Positions 23,334-30,786 of a stretch of DNA of 34,837 bases are shown piece by piece. Location of the stretch: IMG/VR virus record IMGVR_UViG_3300045988_052159, positions 1-34,837 of that record; one strand, 5' to 3'. Made by a program: the position numbers and the translations under genes. The notes beneath the pieces are model-generated. The model searched no databases, was not told the origin of the DNA, and saw only the letters and a program-made list of their open reading frames with translations. This DNA is from a virus. The first letter of the stretch is position 1. Each line of letters opens with the position of its first letter.

Positions 23334-24528
23334 TGTTTTACCTGGTATCTTGCAAGAGGTCCAGGAGAGGTTTGAACGAGATTTTGGTAAGAGCGAGATT
23401 GTCAGAAATGCTTTTGCTGCGTTGGAGGCGAAAAAAGCCACTTACAAAACTGCAAATGAGTTTGCGATTGAAATTGGAGAGATTCTCTCTAAAGCTCTAG
23501 GAGCGTCTCTGAGCGCCGATAAATTACCAGACGGAAAAATGTATTACAATATCGCTCAGCGTTTGCTGACGGACGTGCTAGGACGAAACCACGAGCTTGT
23601 GAGTGGCTATGCTAGCGATGTTCAGAAGAATTTGAATGATGAAGCAAAAATCGGTCTGAAAGTTCAAGTCCCTGAATTGAATCAGGATCGAATCGCTGGA
23701 ATTGTGAATCGCTTTTCGTCTGAGGAGAATTTTGAGGATGTCAGTTGGTTGCTTGGTGAACCTATTGTGAACTTCACTCAGTCCATTATCGATGATAGTA
23801 TCCGGAAGAATGCGGAGTTTCATGCTAAAACTGGCTTGGTACCGACGATCAGTAGACACTCTACTGGACGTTGTTGCAAATGGTGTGATAGTTTAGTAGG
23901 AAATTACATATATGGTGAAGAACCAGCGAATTTCTACAGAAGACATCAGCATTGTACTTGTGTAATTGATTATCATCCTAAAAACGGGAAACGTCAGAAT
24001 TCTTGGACTAAAAAATTCAGCAAGGATAGTTCAAATGAGCTAGAAATTCGTAAGCAAATGAATATTGATGTGCGTGATAATAATCGCAAAGCAGATATTC
24101 AGGAATACAAGAAAATAGTTGATGTTTTAGGAGTTCAAAATGCTCCTATTTCACTAGCAAAGTTTCAGGATTTGAAGTATAATGGTGGTGAGGGATATCA
24201 AGAACTAAAAGACCGCGTCCGTTGGTCTCAGGCTAGCTTTCCCACTGAAAAATCTTTCAACGGGCATTTCAGAAAGCATAGTGAAGAATTTGGTAATATT
24301 ACACAAGCGCAGTATCTTGAACTAGGGAGGGCACTTTTAGGTGAACCTATTGGCGATAATGTACTTGGTTATGATACGGAATACAGACGTGTAAGATATG
24401 ATTTAGACAAAAACATATTTGCATTGGGTGATAACAAAAGGGGACGTGTTACAACGATCCTAAAACCAGAGGAAGGAGTGAATTATTTTGAGCAAGATTG
24501 GAAAAGGCAACTTGGTGATGATCAATGA
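23323..24528 (+). CDS. MuF/SPP1 gp7-like head morphogenesis protein with an extra C-terminal domain of about 170 aa (401 aa)
   Basis: The MuF Cys/His cluster is GRCCKWCDSLVGNYIYGEEPANFYRRHQHCTCVIDYHP, at roughly aa 185-230. An additional domain follows: ...SFNGHFRKHSEEFGNITQAQYLELGRALLGEP...RGRVTTILKP. Confidence 0.8.
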   Translation: MENDVLPGILQEVQERFERDFGKSEIVRNAFAALEAKKATYKTANEFAIEIGEILSKALGASLSADKLPDGKMYYNIAQRLLTDVLGRNHELVSGYASDVQKNLNDEAKIGLKVQVPELNQDRIAGIVNRFSSEENFEDVSWLLGEPIVNFTQSIIDDSIRKNAEFHAKTGLVPTISRHSTGRCCKWCDSLVGNYIYGEEPANFYRRHQHCTCVIDYHPKNGKRQNSWTKKFSKDSSNELEIRKQMNIDVRDNNRKADIQEYKKIVDVLGVQNAPISLAKFQDLKYNGGEGYQELKDRVRWSQASFPTEKSFNGHFRKHSEEFGNITQAQYLELGRALLGEPIGDNVLGYDTEYRRVRYDLDKNIFALGDNKRGRVTTILKPEEGVNYFEQDWKRQLGDDQ

Positions 24529-24697
24529 TGAAGAGTATGTATATTGTCCGGTCTGCGGAACATTGACTGCTGTTTATGACATTTGTGATCATTGTAATTG
24601 GCAAAATACGGGTGAAACCAACATTGATGGAGGCCCCAACAAGATGACCTTAGAAGAAGCTAAACAAGCTTATGCTAAGGGCGAACCGATTAAATAG
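24518..24697 (+). CDS. Small zinc-ribbon protein (59 aa), CPCC-type cysteine-rich family-like
   Basis: The motifs are CPVCG-x13-CDHCNW followed by GGPNKMTLEEAKQAY. The gene overlaps the MuF stop by 11 nt. ATG 24518 is preferred over TTG 24488. Confidence 0.6.
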   Translation: MINDEEYVYCPVCGTLTAVYDICDHCNWQNTGETNIDGGPNKMTLEEAKQAYAKGEPIK

Positions 24698-24698
24698 A

Positions 24699-24733
24699 AG
24701 CACTTAACTGAATTTAAAGTTAGGTGCTTTTCT
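24699..24733 (+). terminator. Intrinsic terminator after the MuF/zinc-ribbon pair
   Basis: The 10-bp stem agcacttaac/gttaggtgct (one G-U pair) has a 10-nt loop and is followed by ttttctt. Confidence 0.65.
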
Positions 24734-24756
24734 TATGCTTTGAAAGGAGTCAGAAA

Positions 24757-25041
24757 ATGAAGTACAGAAAGAAACCTGTTGTGGTTGAGGCAGTTCAGTT
24801 CGTAGATACTGAAGAATCAATTTTAAAATTGTCAGAATTAGGATTAGATCCAGTCCGGATTGATTATGCTGACCTAGATAATCCAATTTTAAAAATAGAA
24901 ACACTTGAAGGTTTGATGATTGCAACCGAAGGTGATTACATTATTAAAGGAGTTCAAGGTGAGTTTTATCCGTGCAAGCCTGATATTTTTGCAGAAACAT
25001 ACGAAGAATTAGAGTATCTGAATATTTTAGATACTATTTAG
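24757..25041 (+). CDS. Small conserved phage protein (94 aa), KKPVVVEA...GDY motif
   Basis: The RBS is aaaggag. The sequence is MKYRKKPVVVEAVQF...TEGDYIIKGVQGEFYPCKPDIF. There is no HTH, so it is not an obvious TerS. Confidence 0.6.
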   Translation: MKYRKKPVVVEAVQFVDTEESILKLSELGLDPVRIDYADLDNPILKIETLEGLMIATEGDYIIKGVQGEFYPCKPDIFAETYEELEYLNILDTI

Positions 25042-25105
25042 GAGGTGATCCGAATATCTCCCAGCGATAGGGTTATCATGCGATGACGATTGAAAGGAAA
25101 GTGGA

Positions 25106-26518
25106 ATGGCGAGGAAGAAACTTGGCAATCAGAATCCTACTCAATCGGTGATTTTAAAATACGTCAAGAAGAATTCAAAAGCTAAAGATGCGATTGAACT
25201 TTACGAGCGGACTGGTCTTTCTTGCTATGCTTGGCAGAAGAATCTTTTGCTGCCTTTGATGGCTGTTGATAAGAACGGTCTTTGGGTGCATCAGAAGTTT
25301 GGTTACTCTATTCCTCGACGAAACGGAAAGACTGAAATCTTATATATCGGTGAAATTTGGGGGCTACATGAAGGATTGAATATCCTGCATACTTCTCACA
25401 GGATTTCTACCTCTCATGCCTCTTTTGAAAAGGTCAAACGATACCTTGAAAAAATGGGGTATGTTGATGGTGAGGATTTCAATTCTATTCGAGCGAAGGG
25501 GCAGGAGAGAATCGAGCTATACTCAACAGGTGGTGTTATCCAATTTCGTACTAGGACATCAAATGGTGGTCTTGGTGAAGGGTTCGACATGCTGATCATT
25601 GACGAGGCTCAGGAGTACACGACTGAGCAAGAATCTGCTTTGAAGTACACGGTTACGGATAGTGAGAATCCTATCACAATCATGTGTGGGACACCTCCGA
25701 CCCCTGTATCGAGTGGTACGGTCTTTACGAAGTACCGTGAGACTTGTCTTTTCGGGAAAGGGAAGTATTCTGGATGGGCTGAGTGGTCGGTTTCCGATGA
25801 AAAGGAAATCGACGATGTGGAAGCCTGGTATAATTCTAATCCGTCTATGGGCTACCACTTGAATGAGCGTAAGATTGAGGCTGAGCTTGGTGAGGATAAG
25901 CTGGACCATAATATCCAACGTTTGGGATTTTGGCCAACCTATAACCAAAAATCTGCCATTTCTGAAACGGAGTGGAATGAGCTCAAAGTGGATGATGTAC
26001 CAGAATTGTTTGGCAAGCTTTCTGTTGGTATTAAGTACGGCCAAGACGGAACGAACGTGGCATTGAGTATTGCTGCACGGACTAAGGATGGCCGTTTCTT
26101 TGTGGAAACAGTTGATTGTCAATCTGTTCGTAATGGGAATGAGTGGATGGTTGCCTTTTTGCGTCAAGCTGACGTGGCTCAAATTGTCATAGATGGCGCA
26201 AGTGGTCAAAAGATCCTGGACGAAGAGTTGAAGGACTACAGAATCAAGAATGTGATTCTACCAACGGTGAAGGAAATCATCGTAGCCAATGCTCTTTGGG
26301 AGCAGGGGATTTATCAGAAGACCATCTGTCACGCTGGTCAACCATCATTGTCCAAAGTAGCTACTAACTGCGATAAGCGGAATATTGGTTCAAATGGTGG
26401 TTTTGGCTATCGATCGCACTTTGACGATATGGATATTTCTTTGATGGATAGTGCTTTGCTTGCGCACTGGGCTTGTGCTACGACCAAGCCTAAGAAAAAG
26501 CAAAAAATCAGTTATTAA
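25106..26518 (+). CDS. terL: Terminase large subunit (470 aa)
   Basis: The Walker A-like motif is IPRRNGKTE and Walker B is FDMLIIDEAQE. The coupling motif is IMCGTPP. The C-terminal half is nuclease-like. Confidence 0.85.
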   Translation: MARKKLGNQNPTQSVILKYVKKNSKAKDAIELYERTGLSCYAWQKNLLLPLMAVDKNGLWVHQKFGYSIPRRNGKTEILYIGEIWGLHEGLNILHTSHRISTSHASFEKVKRYLEKMGYVDGEDFNSIRAKGQERIELYSTGGVIQFRTRTSNGGLGEGFDMLIIDEAQEYTTEQESALKYTVTDSENPITIMCGTPPTPVSSGTVFTKYRETCLFGKGKYSGWAEWSVSDEKEIDDVEAWYNSNPSMGYHLNERKIEAELGEDKLDHNIQRLGFWPTYNQKSAISETEWNELKVDDVPELFGKLSVGIKYGQDGTNVALSIAARTKDGRFFVETVDCQSVRNGNEWMVAFLRQADVAQIVIDGASGQKILDEELKDYRIKNVILPTVKEIIVANALWEQGIYQKTICHAGQPSLSKVATNCDKRNIGSNGGFGYRSHFDDMDISLMDSALLAHWACATTKPKKKQKISY

Positions 26519-26522
26519 AATA

Positions 26523-26547
26523 AGCGGTCTTGTGACTGCTTTTTTTG
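26523..26547 (+). terminator. Intrinsic terminator between terL and the scaffold gene
   Basis: The stem is agcggtc/gactgct (one G-U pair), the loop is ttgt, and it is followed by ttttttt. Confidence 0.6.
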
Positions 26548-26598
26548 ATGCTCAAAATTACCGAACTGCCGGGAAAGCAGGAGAAAGGAGACATGAGA

Positions 26599-27066
26599 AT
26601 GTCAGAATTTAAACCAATCACTACACAAGAAGAATTTGATGCTGCTATTAAGGCTCGCTTATCTCGAGAGAAAGAGAAGTATGGCGACTATGACCAGCTC
26701 AAGTCTCGTGTTGAGGAGTTGGAAAAAGAAAATGTTGATTTGAAGTCAACAATCGAAGCTAATCGTCAAAGCAAGGCAGATGCTGACAAGCAACTTGAAG
26801 AGATGCAGAATCAAATCTCTAATTATGAGACGGCTAGTCTGCGAACTCGTGTGGCTTTGCAGTATGGATTGCCTTATGACCTTGCAGACCGTTTGCAGGG
26901 GACTGATGAAGAAAGCTTCAAAGCAGATGCGGAGCGCTTGGCTGGGTTTATGAAACCAGCAAGCAAAGTAGCACCAGTAAAATCAATGGAACCGATTGTT
27001 CCGAAAGAAGATGATGAAAGAACCATGTATAGAAACTTGGTTCAAAATTTAAGTATTGAAGATTAA
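26599..27066 (+). CDS. Capsid scaffolding protein (155 aa)
   Basis: The RBS aaaggag lies 8 nt upstream of ATG 26599. The protein is a helical, charged coiled-coil (EEFDAAIKARLSREKEKYGDYDQLKSRVEELEKEN). It sits directly upstream of the capsid gene. Confidence 0.75.
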   Translation: MSEFKPITTQEEFDAAIKARLSREKEKYGDYDQLKSRVEELEKENVDLKSTIEANRQSKADADKQLEEMQNQISNYETASLRTRVALQYGLPYDLADRLQGTDEESFKADAERLAGFMKPASKVAPVKSMEPIVPKEDDERTMYRNLVQNLSIED

Positions 27067-27078
27067 AAAGGAGAAAAA

Positions 27079-27981
27079 ATGTCAGAAGCACAACTATCAA
27101 AAGGAAAATTGTTTGATCCAAAACTCGTTTCAGAAGTCATCAGTAAAGTAAAAGGTCATTCATCAATCGCTAAGCTATCACCTAAAAAACCTATTCCATT
27201 TAATGGGTTGAAAGAGTTCATTTTCGATTTCGACTCAGATATCGATATTGTAGCAGAAAATGGTAAGAAAACACATGGTGGCGTTACCCTTGAACCTGTA
27301 ACAATTGTTCCAATCAAAGTTGAGTACGGTTCTCGTGTATCAGATGAATATCTCTATGCTTCAGAAGAAGCTAAAATTGACATGATGCAAGATTATGTTG
27401 AAGGATTTGCGAAAAAATTAGCTCGTGGTCTTGATATCATGAGTATTCACGGTATCAATCCGCGGACAAAACAAGAATCCACAATTATCGGAGACAACTG
27501 TTTTAACAAGAAAGTTACTCAATCAGTGGCATTTACAGCATCAAATCCAGATGAAAATATGGAGGATGCTATTGGATTGATTGATGGTTCAGAACGTGAT
27601 GTTACAGGAGCAATTCTAGACCCTACTTTCACGACTGCTCTTTCTAAAATGAAAAATGCTACAGGTGGAAAACTTTATCCAGAATTGGCTTGGGGAAGTG
27701 TACCTGATACAATCAACGGCTTGACTGTAGATAAGAATCGTACCGTGTCACACTCTCAAACAGATCCTAAGAATACAGCAATTGTTGGAGATTTCGAAAC
27801 CATGTTTAAATGGGGATATGCGAAAGAAGTTCCAATGGAAATCATCCAGTACGGAGATCCTGACAATAGTGGTCGCGACCTTAAGGGTTATAACCAGATT
27901 TATATCCGTTGCGAAGCATACATTGGATGGGGCATCATGGACGCTGCTAGTTTCGCTCGTATTGTGAAAACAGGAGGTTAA
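27079..27981 (+). CDS. Major capsid protein (300 aa)
   Basis: Assigned from its position after the scaffold gene, its size, its strong RBS (aaaggag) and its N-terminal pattern KGKLFDPKLVSEVISKVKGHSSIAKLS. Confidence 0.75.
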   Translation: MSEAQLSKGKLFDPKLVSEVISKVKGHSSIAKLSPKKPIPFNGLKEFIFDFDSDIDIVAENGKKTHGGVTLEPVTIVPIKVEYGSRVSDEYLYASEEAKIDMMQDYVEGFAKKLARGLDIMSIHGINPRTKQESTIIGDNCFNKKVTQSVAFTASNPDENMEDAIGLIDGSERDVTGAILDPTFTTALSKMKNATGGKLYPELAWGSVPDTINGLTVDKNRTVSHSQTDPKNTAIVGDFETMFKWGYAKEVPMEIIQYGDPDNSGRDLKGYNQIYIRCEAYIGWGIMDAASFARIVKTGG

Positions 27982-27983
27982 TC

Positions 27984-28205
27984 ATGGCTGAGTATGTAAA
28001 CAAAAAGACTGGTGCAACAATCAATACTAACACAGAAATTTCTGGAGGTGATTGGGTTCCAATTGAAGAATACAAACCTTTGGACTCATTGACTAACGCA
28101 GCATTGAAAGAAATCCTTGATGAAAAAGGGATTACTTATGATAGCCGTGCCACAAAAACTGAATTGATTTCGCTGATTGAACAAGCGAACACTGAAGTCC
28201 AGTAG
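27984..28205 (+). CDS. Small head-associated protein (73 aa) with a HeH/SAP-like motif
   Basis: LKEILDEKGITYDSRATKTELISLIE resembles HeH/Rho-N type helix-extended-helix motifs. Confidence 0.5.
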   Translation: MAEYVNKKTGATINTNTEISGGDWVPIEEYKPLDSLTNAALKEILDEKGITYDSRATKTELISLIEQANTEVQ

Positions 28206-28225
28206 TCGCCTGACTGGAGGTAGAG

Positions 28226-28621
28226 ATGGAAAACTTTGCAACAGTCGAAGATTTGAAAAAATTGTGGCGGGCGTTGAAATTCGATGAGGAAAAACGAGCC
28301 GAGGCGCTGTTGGAAGTTGTTTCTCATTCTCTTCGCGTTGAAGCTAAAAAAGTTGGCAAAGATTTAGATGGGTTGGTGGCTACTGATCCATCTTTTGCTA
28401 TGGTGGTCAAGTCTGTCACAGTTGATGTGGTGGCTCGCACGTTGATGACCTCAACTGACCAGGAGCCTATGACTCAGGTGGCTGAGTCCGCTTTAGGTTA
28501 TTCCTTCAGTGGTTCTTATCTAGTCCCTGGTGGTGGTCTCTTTATTAAAGACTCAGAATTGAAACGTCTGGGCCTCAAAAAGCAAAGATATGGGGTGATT
28601 GATATCTATGGGACGGATTAA
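28226..28621 (+). CDS. Head-tail connector protein (Gp19/Gp15/Gp42-like, 131 aa)
   Basis: The N-terminal pattern is FATVEDLKKLWRALKFDEEKRAEALLEVVS. It sits after the capsid gene. Confidence 0.65.
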   Translation: MENFATVEDLKKLWRALKFDEEKRAEALLEVVSHSLRVEAKKVGKDLDGLVATDPSFAMVVKSVTVDVVARTLMTSTDQEPMTQVAESALGYSFSGSYLVPGGGLFIKDSELKRLGLKKQRYGVIDIYGTD

Positions 28622-28946
28622 AGGAATTACTGTAACTTTGATTGGGAAAACCAAGAATGGTCGGGATGACTTCGGGCATCCTATCTATGAGAATACTGAA
28701 ATTCAAGTAGATAATGTTCTGGTTGTTCCAGCTTCAACAGAAGATGTCACGAATCAGCTCAATTTGACTGGAAAGAAGGCTGTTTATACGCTAGGAATCC
28801 CAAAAGGCGACCAGAACGAGTGGAAAGACCGTGAAGTTCGTTTCTTTGGGCGCAAGTGGCGCACGATTGGCATTCCCTTAGAAGGCATTGAAGCAATGAT
28901 GCCTCTGGAATGGAATAAGAAAGTGATGGTTGAAGCGTATGAGTAA
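28608..28946 (+). CDS. Head-tail adaptor/head-closure protein (112 aa)
   Basis: Assigned from synteny and size. ATG 28608 is preferred over TTG 28599. Confidence 0.55.
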   Translation: MGRIKGITVTLIGKTKNGRDDFGHPIYENTEIQVDNVLVVPASTEDVTNQLNLTGKKAVYTLGIPKGDQNEWKDREVRFFGRKWRTIGIPLEGIEAMMPLEWNKKVMVEAYE

Positions 28947-29175
28947 TTTCAAAGTCAAGCTTATCGGTGCGGGTGTAGGAGCTCTTTTGAAATCAAAAGA
29001 GATTCAGGACATTCTGAACAAAGAAGCGACAGCCATTAAAAAAAGATGTGGTCCTGGTTATGAACAAGATAGTTATGTTGGTAAGACAAGGACAAATGCT
29101 ATGATTTATCCAGCAACGCGAAAAGCGAAAAGGGATAATTTGAAAAATAACACTTTGTTAAAGGCGGTGCATTAG
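28939..29175 (+). CDS. Hypothetical head-tail joining protein (78 aa)
   Basis: Assigned from synteny. The ATG overlaps the upstream stop (ATGAGTAA). Confidence 0.45.
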   Translation: MSNFKVKLIGAGVGALLKSKEIQDILNKEATAIKKRCGPGYEQDSYVGKTRTNAMIYPATRKAKRDNLKNNTLLKAVH

Positions 29176-29511
29176 ATGATTGAAATTATTATCAAGAAAT
29201 ATCTTGACGGTCATTTAGATGTACCGTCATTTTTTGAGCATGAAGCTGAAGCTCCTGATAGTTTTGTCATTATTCAAAAGACAGGAGGAAAGGAGCGGAA
29301 TCATTCTGGTAGTGCGGCTTTTGCTTTTCAAAGCTATGGTCCTACTATGCAGAAGGCTGCCGAGCTCAATGTGAAAGTAAAAAGTGCTGTTAAAGGGTTG
29401 ATTGAATTAGATTCAATCTGTGGTGTCCACTTAAACAGCGATTACAATTTTACGGACACTGAAACGAAACAATATCGATATCAAGCCGTATTTGATATTA
29501 ATTATTTTTAA
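29176..29511 (+). CDS. Tail completion/terminator-like protein (111 aa)
   Basis: Assigned from synteny, directly upstream of the major tail protein. Confidence 0.5.
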   Translation: MIEIIIKKYLDGHLDVPSFFEHEAEAPDSFVIIQKTGGKERNHSGSAAFAFQSYGPTMQKAAELNVKVKSAVKGLIELDSICGVHLNSDYNFTDTETKQYRYQAVFDINYF

Positions 29512-29525
29512 AAAGGAGAAATTAA

Positions 29526-30077
29526 ATGGGAAAAGAAGCAAATGTAACGACTGCAAAACCTAAAATCGGAGGTGCGGTTTATTCTGCCCCTCTGGGAACG
29601 CCACTGCCGACAGACGCAACAACAAAGTTAGATCAGGCGTTTGAAGCACTAGGTTATATTTCAGATGAAGGTATGACCAACAGTAACTCGCCAGAGTCAG
29701 AAAATATCAAAGCTTGGGGCGGTGTCGTTGTAAGCTCAGTTCAAAAGGAAAAAACTGACACATTCAAATATATGCTTATTGAAGCATTGAATCTACATGT
29801 TTTGAAGGAAGTCTATGGACCAGATAATGTATCTGGGGATTTGTCGTCAGGAATTACCATTAAGGCAAATTCAAAAGAATTGCCACATCACTGTCTGGTT
29901 ATCGAAACGGTTCTAAAAGGTGGTGTACTTAAACGTATTGTTATCCCTTCAGGAAAAGTAACTGCCATCGATGAAATCACTTATAACGATGGAAGTGTTC
30001 TTGGATATGGTACGACAGTCACTGCCTTTCCTAACGCTGCTGACGACACACACTATGAATACATCAAAGGAGCTTAA
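29526..30077 (+). CDS. Major tail protein (183 aa)
   Basis: Assigned from the strong RBS aaaggag, its size, and its position upstream of the chaperone pair and the tape measure gene. Confidence 0.75.
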   Translation: MGKEANVTTAKPKIGGAVYSAPLGTPLPTDATTKLDQAFEALGYISDEGMTNSNSPESENIKAWGGVVVSSVQKEKTDTFKYMLIEALNLHVLKEVYGPDNVSGDLSSGITIKANSKELPHHCLVIETVLKGGVLKRIVIPSGKVTAIDEITYNDGSVLGYGTTVTAFPNAADDTHYEYIKGA

Positions 30078-30079
30078 CT

Positions 30080-30391
30080 ATGTCAAAACAAAATCGTAAA
30101 AAGAAGAATAAAGGAGCTGCACCACAGATTAAAACAATCCGTGGGGTGACTTCGACCGGATTTGCTTTTGAAATCACAAAAGAGCGCTTGGAAAACTATG
30201 AGTTGCTCGAAGCAATCGCTGAAGTAGATACAAATCCGGCAGTTTTACCAAAAGTAGTACAACTCATGCTTGGCAACAAATCGGAAGATTTGAAAAATCA
30301 TGTGCGGACTGCGGATGGCATTGTTCCTTTGGACAAGATTGGGAATGAAATTCGGGAAATCTTTACAAGTAAGAATCAGTTAAAAAAATAG
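30080..30391 (+). CDS. Tail assembly chaperone, G-like (103 aa)
   Basis: It lies immediately upstream of the tape measure region and ends in the slippery run A AAA AAA TAG. Confidence 0.75.
   Translation: MSKQNRKKKNKGAAPQIKTIRGVTSTGFAFEITKERLENYELLEAIAEVDTNPAVLPKVVQLMLGNKSEDLKNHVRTADGIVPLDKIGNEIREIFTSKNQLKK
30382..30388 (+). other. Slippery heptamer A_AAA_AAA for a -1 programmed frameshift (G to GT)
   Basis: After a -1 slip the reading continues ATA GCG CTC CTT GCT AGA ATG ATT..., with no stop, into the frame of ORF 30406..30786. This predicts a fusion protein of about 235 aa. Confidence 0.7.
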
Positions 30392-30405
30392 CGCTCCTTG
30401 CTAGA

Positions 30406-30786
30406 ATGATTCAAACAGACGAAGACGCTCTTGTTTGTGATTTAGCTGAAACCTATGGGATTTTTGATTACAGACAGTTACCTGCTGACCAGGTAGCTGT
30501 TTTTGCTTTTGGTCTGAGAGATGATTCACGGATCAAAATAGCAATGACCAATAGCAAAGTTCCTTTTGAAACCTTTTTGCTTGCAGGTGTGCTTGATAGG
30601 CTTTCTACTCTTGTGTGGTTTAAAACAACAGATGGTCAGAAAGGAATCAACAAACCATTAATGGTTGCAGAGGAGCTGACAGGTAAAACTAAAGCTAAAG
30701 AAAGTAAGGAGATGATCTTTGATTCTGGTGAGGACTTTGAAGAATATCGTCAGCAAATTCTAGAAAAGATAGGAGGTGAGGATTAG
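30406..30786 (+). CDS. Tail assembly chaperone T-like segment, probably expressed as a -1 frameshift extension of 30080..30391
   Basis: It lies in the -1 frame relative to the upstream gene. No RBS precedes the ATG at 30406. The frame is open back to the slippery site. Confidence 0.7.
   Translation: MIQTDEDALVCDLAETYGIFDYRQLPADQVAVFAFGLRDDSRIKIAMTNSKVPFETFLLAGVLDRLSTLVWFKTTDGQKGINKPLMVAEELTGKTKAKESKEMIFDSGEDFEEYRQQILEKIGGED

Noticed and set aside
24757-25041. The 94-aa ORF upstream of terL as the small terminase
   Set aside because: It has no HTH or basic N-terminus, and the sequence matches a small beta-rich KKPVVVEA/GDY phage protein pattern. It remains possible but is unsupported.
25559-26209. 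216-aa minus-strand ORF inside terL. Other antisense or alternative-frame track ORFs are similar: 189..554, 10259..10627, 6772..7119, 14287..14568, 19096..19422, 21671..21922 and 31844..32110.
   Set aside because: These are shadow ORFs that fully overlap well-supported genes or the non-coding attP region. They have no RBS, their composition is odd (Ser/Leu/Arg-rich), and no motifs are present.
26545-26598. TTG 26545 as the scaffold gene start
   Set aside because: It would begin inside the T-tract of the terL terminator. ATG 26599 has a well-spaced aaaggag RBS.
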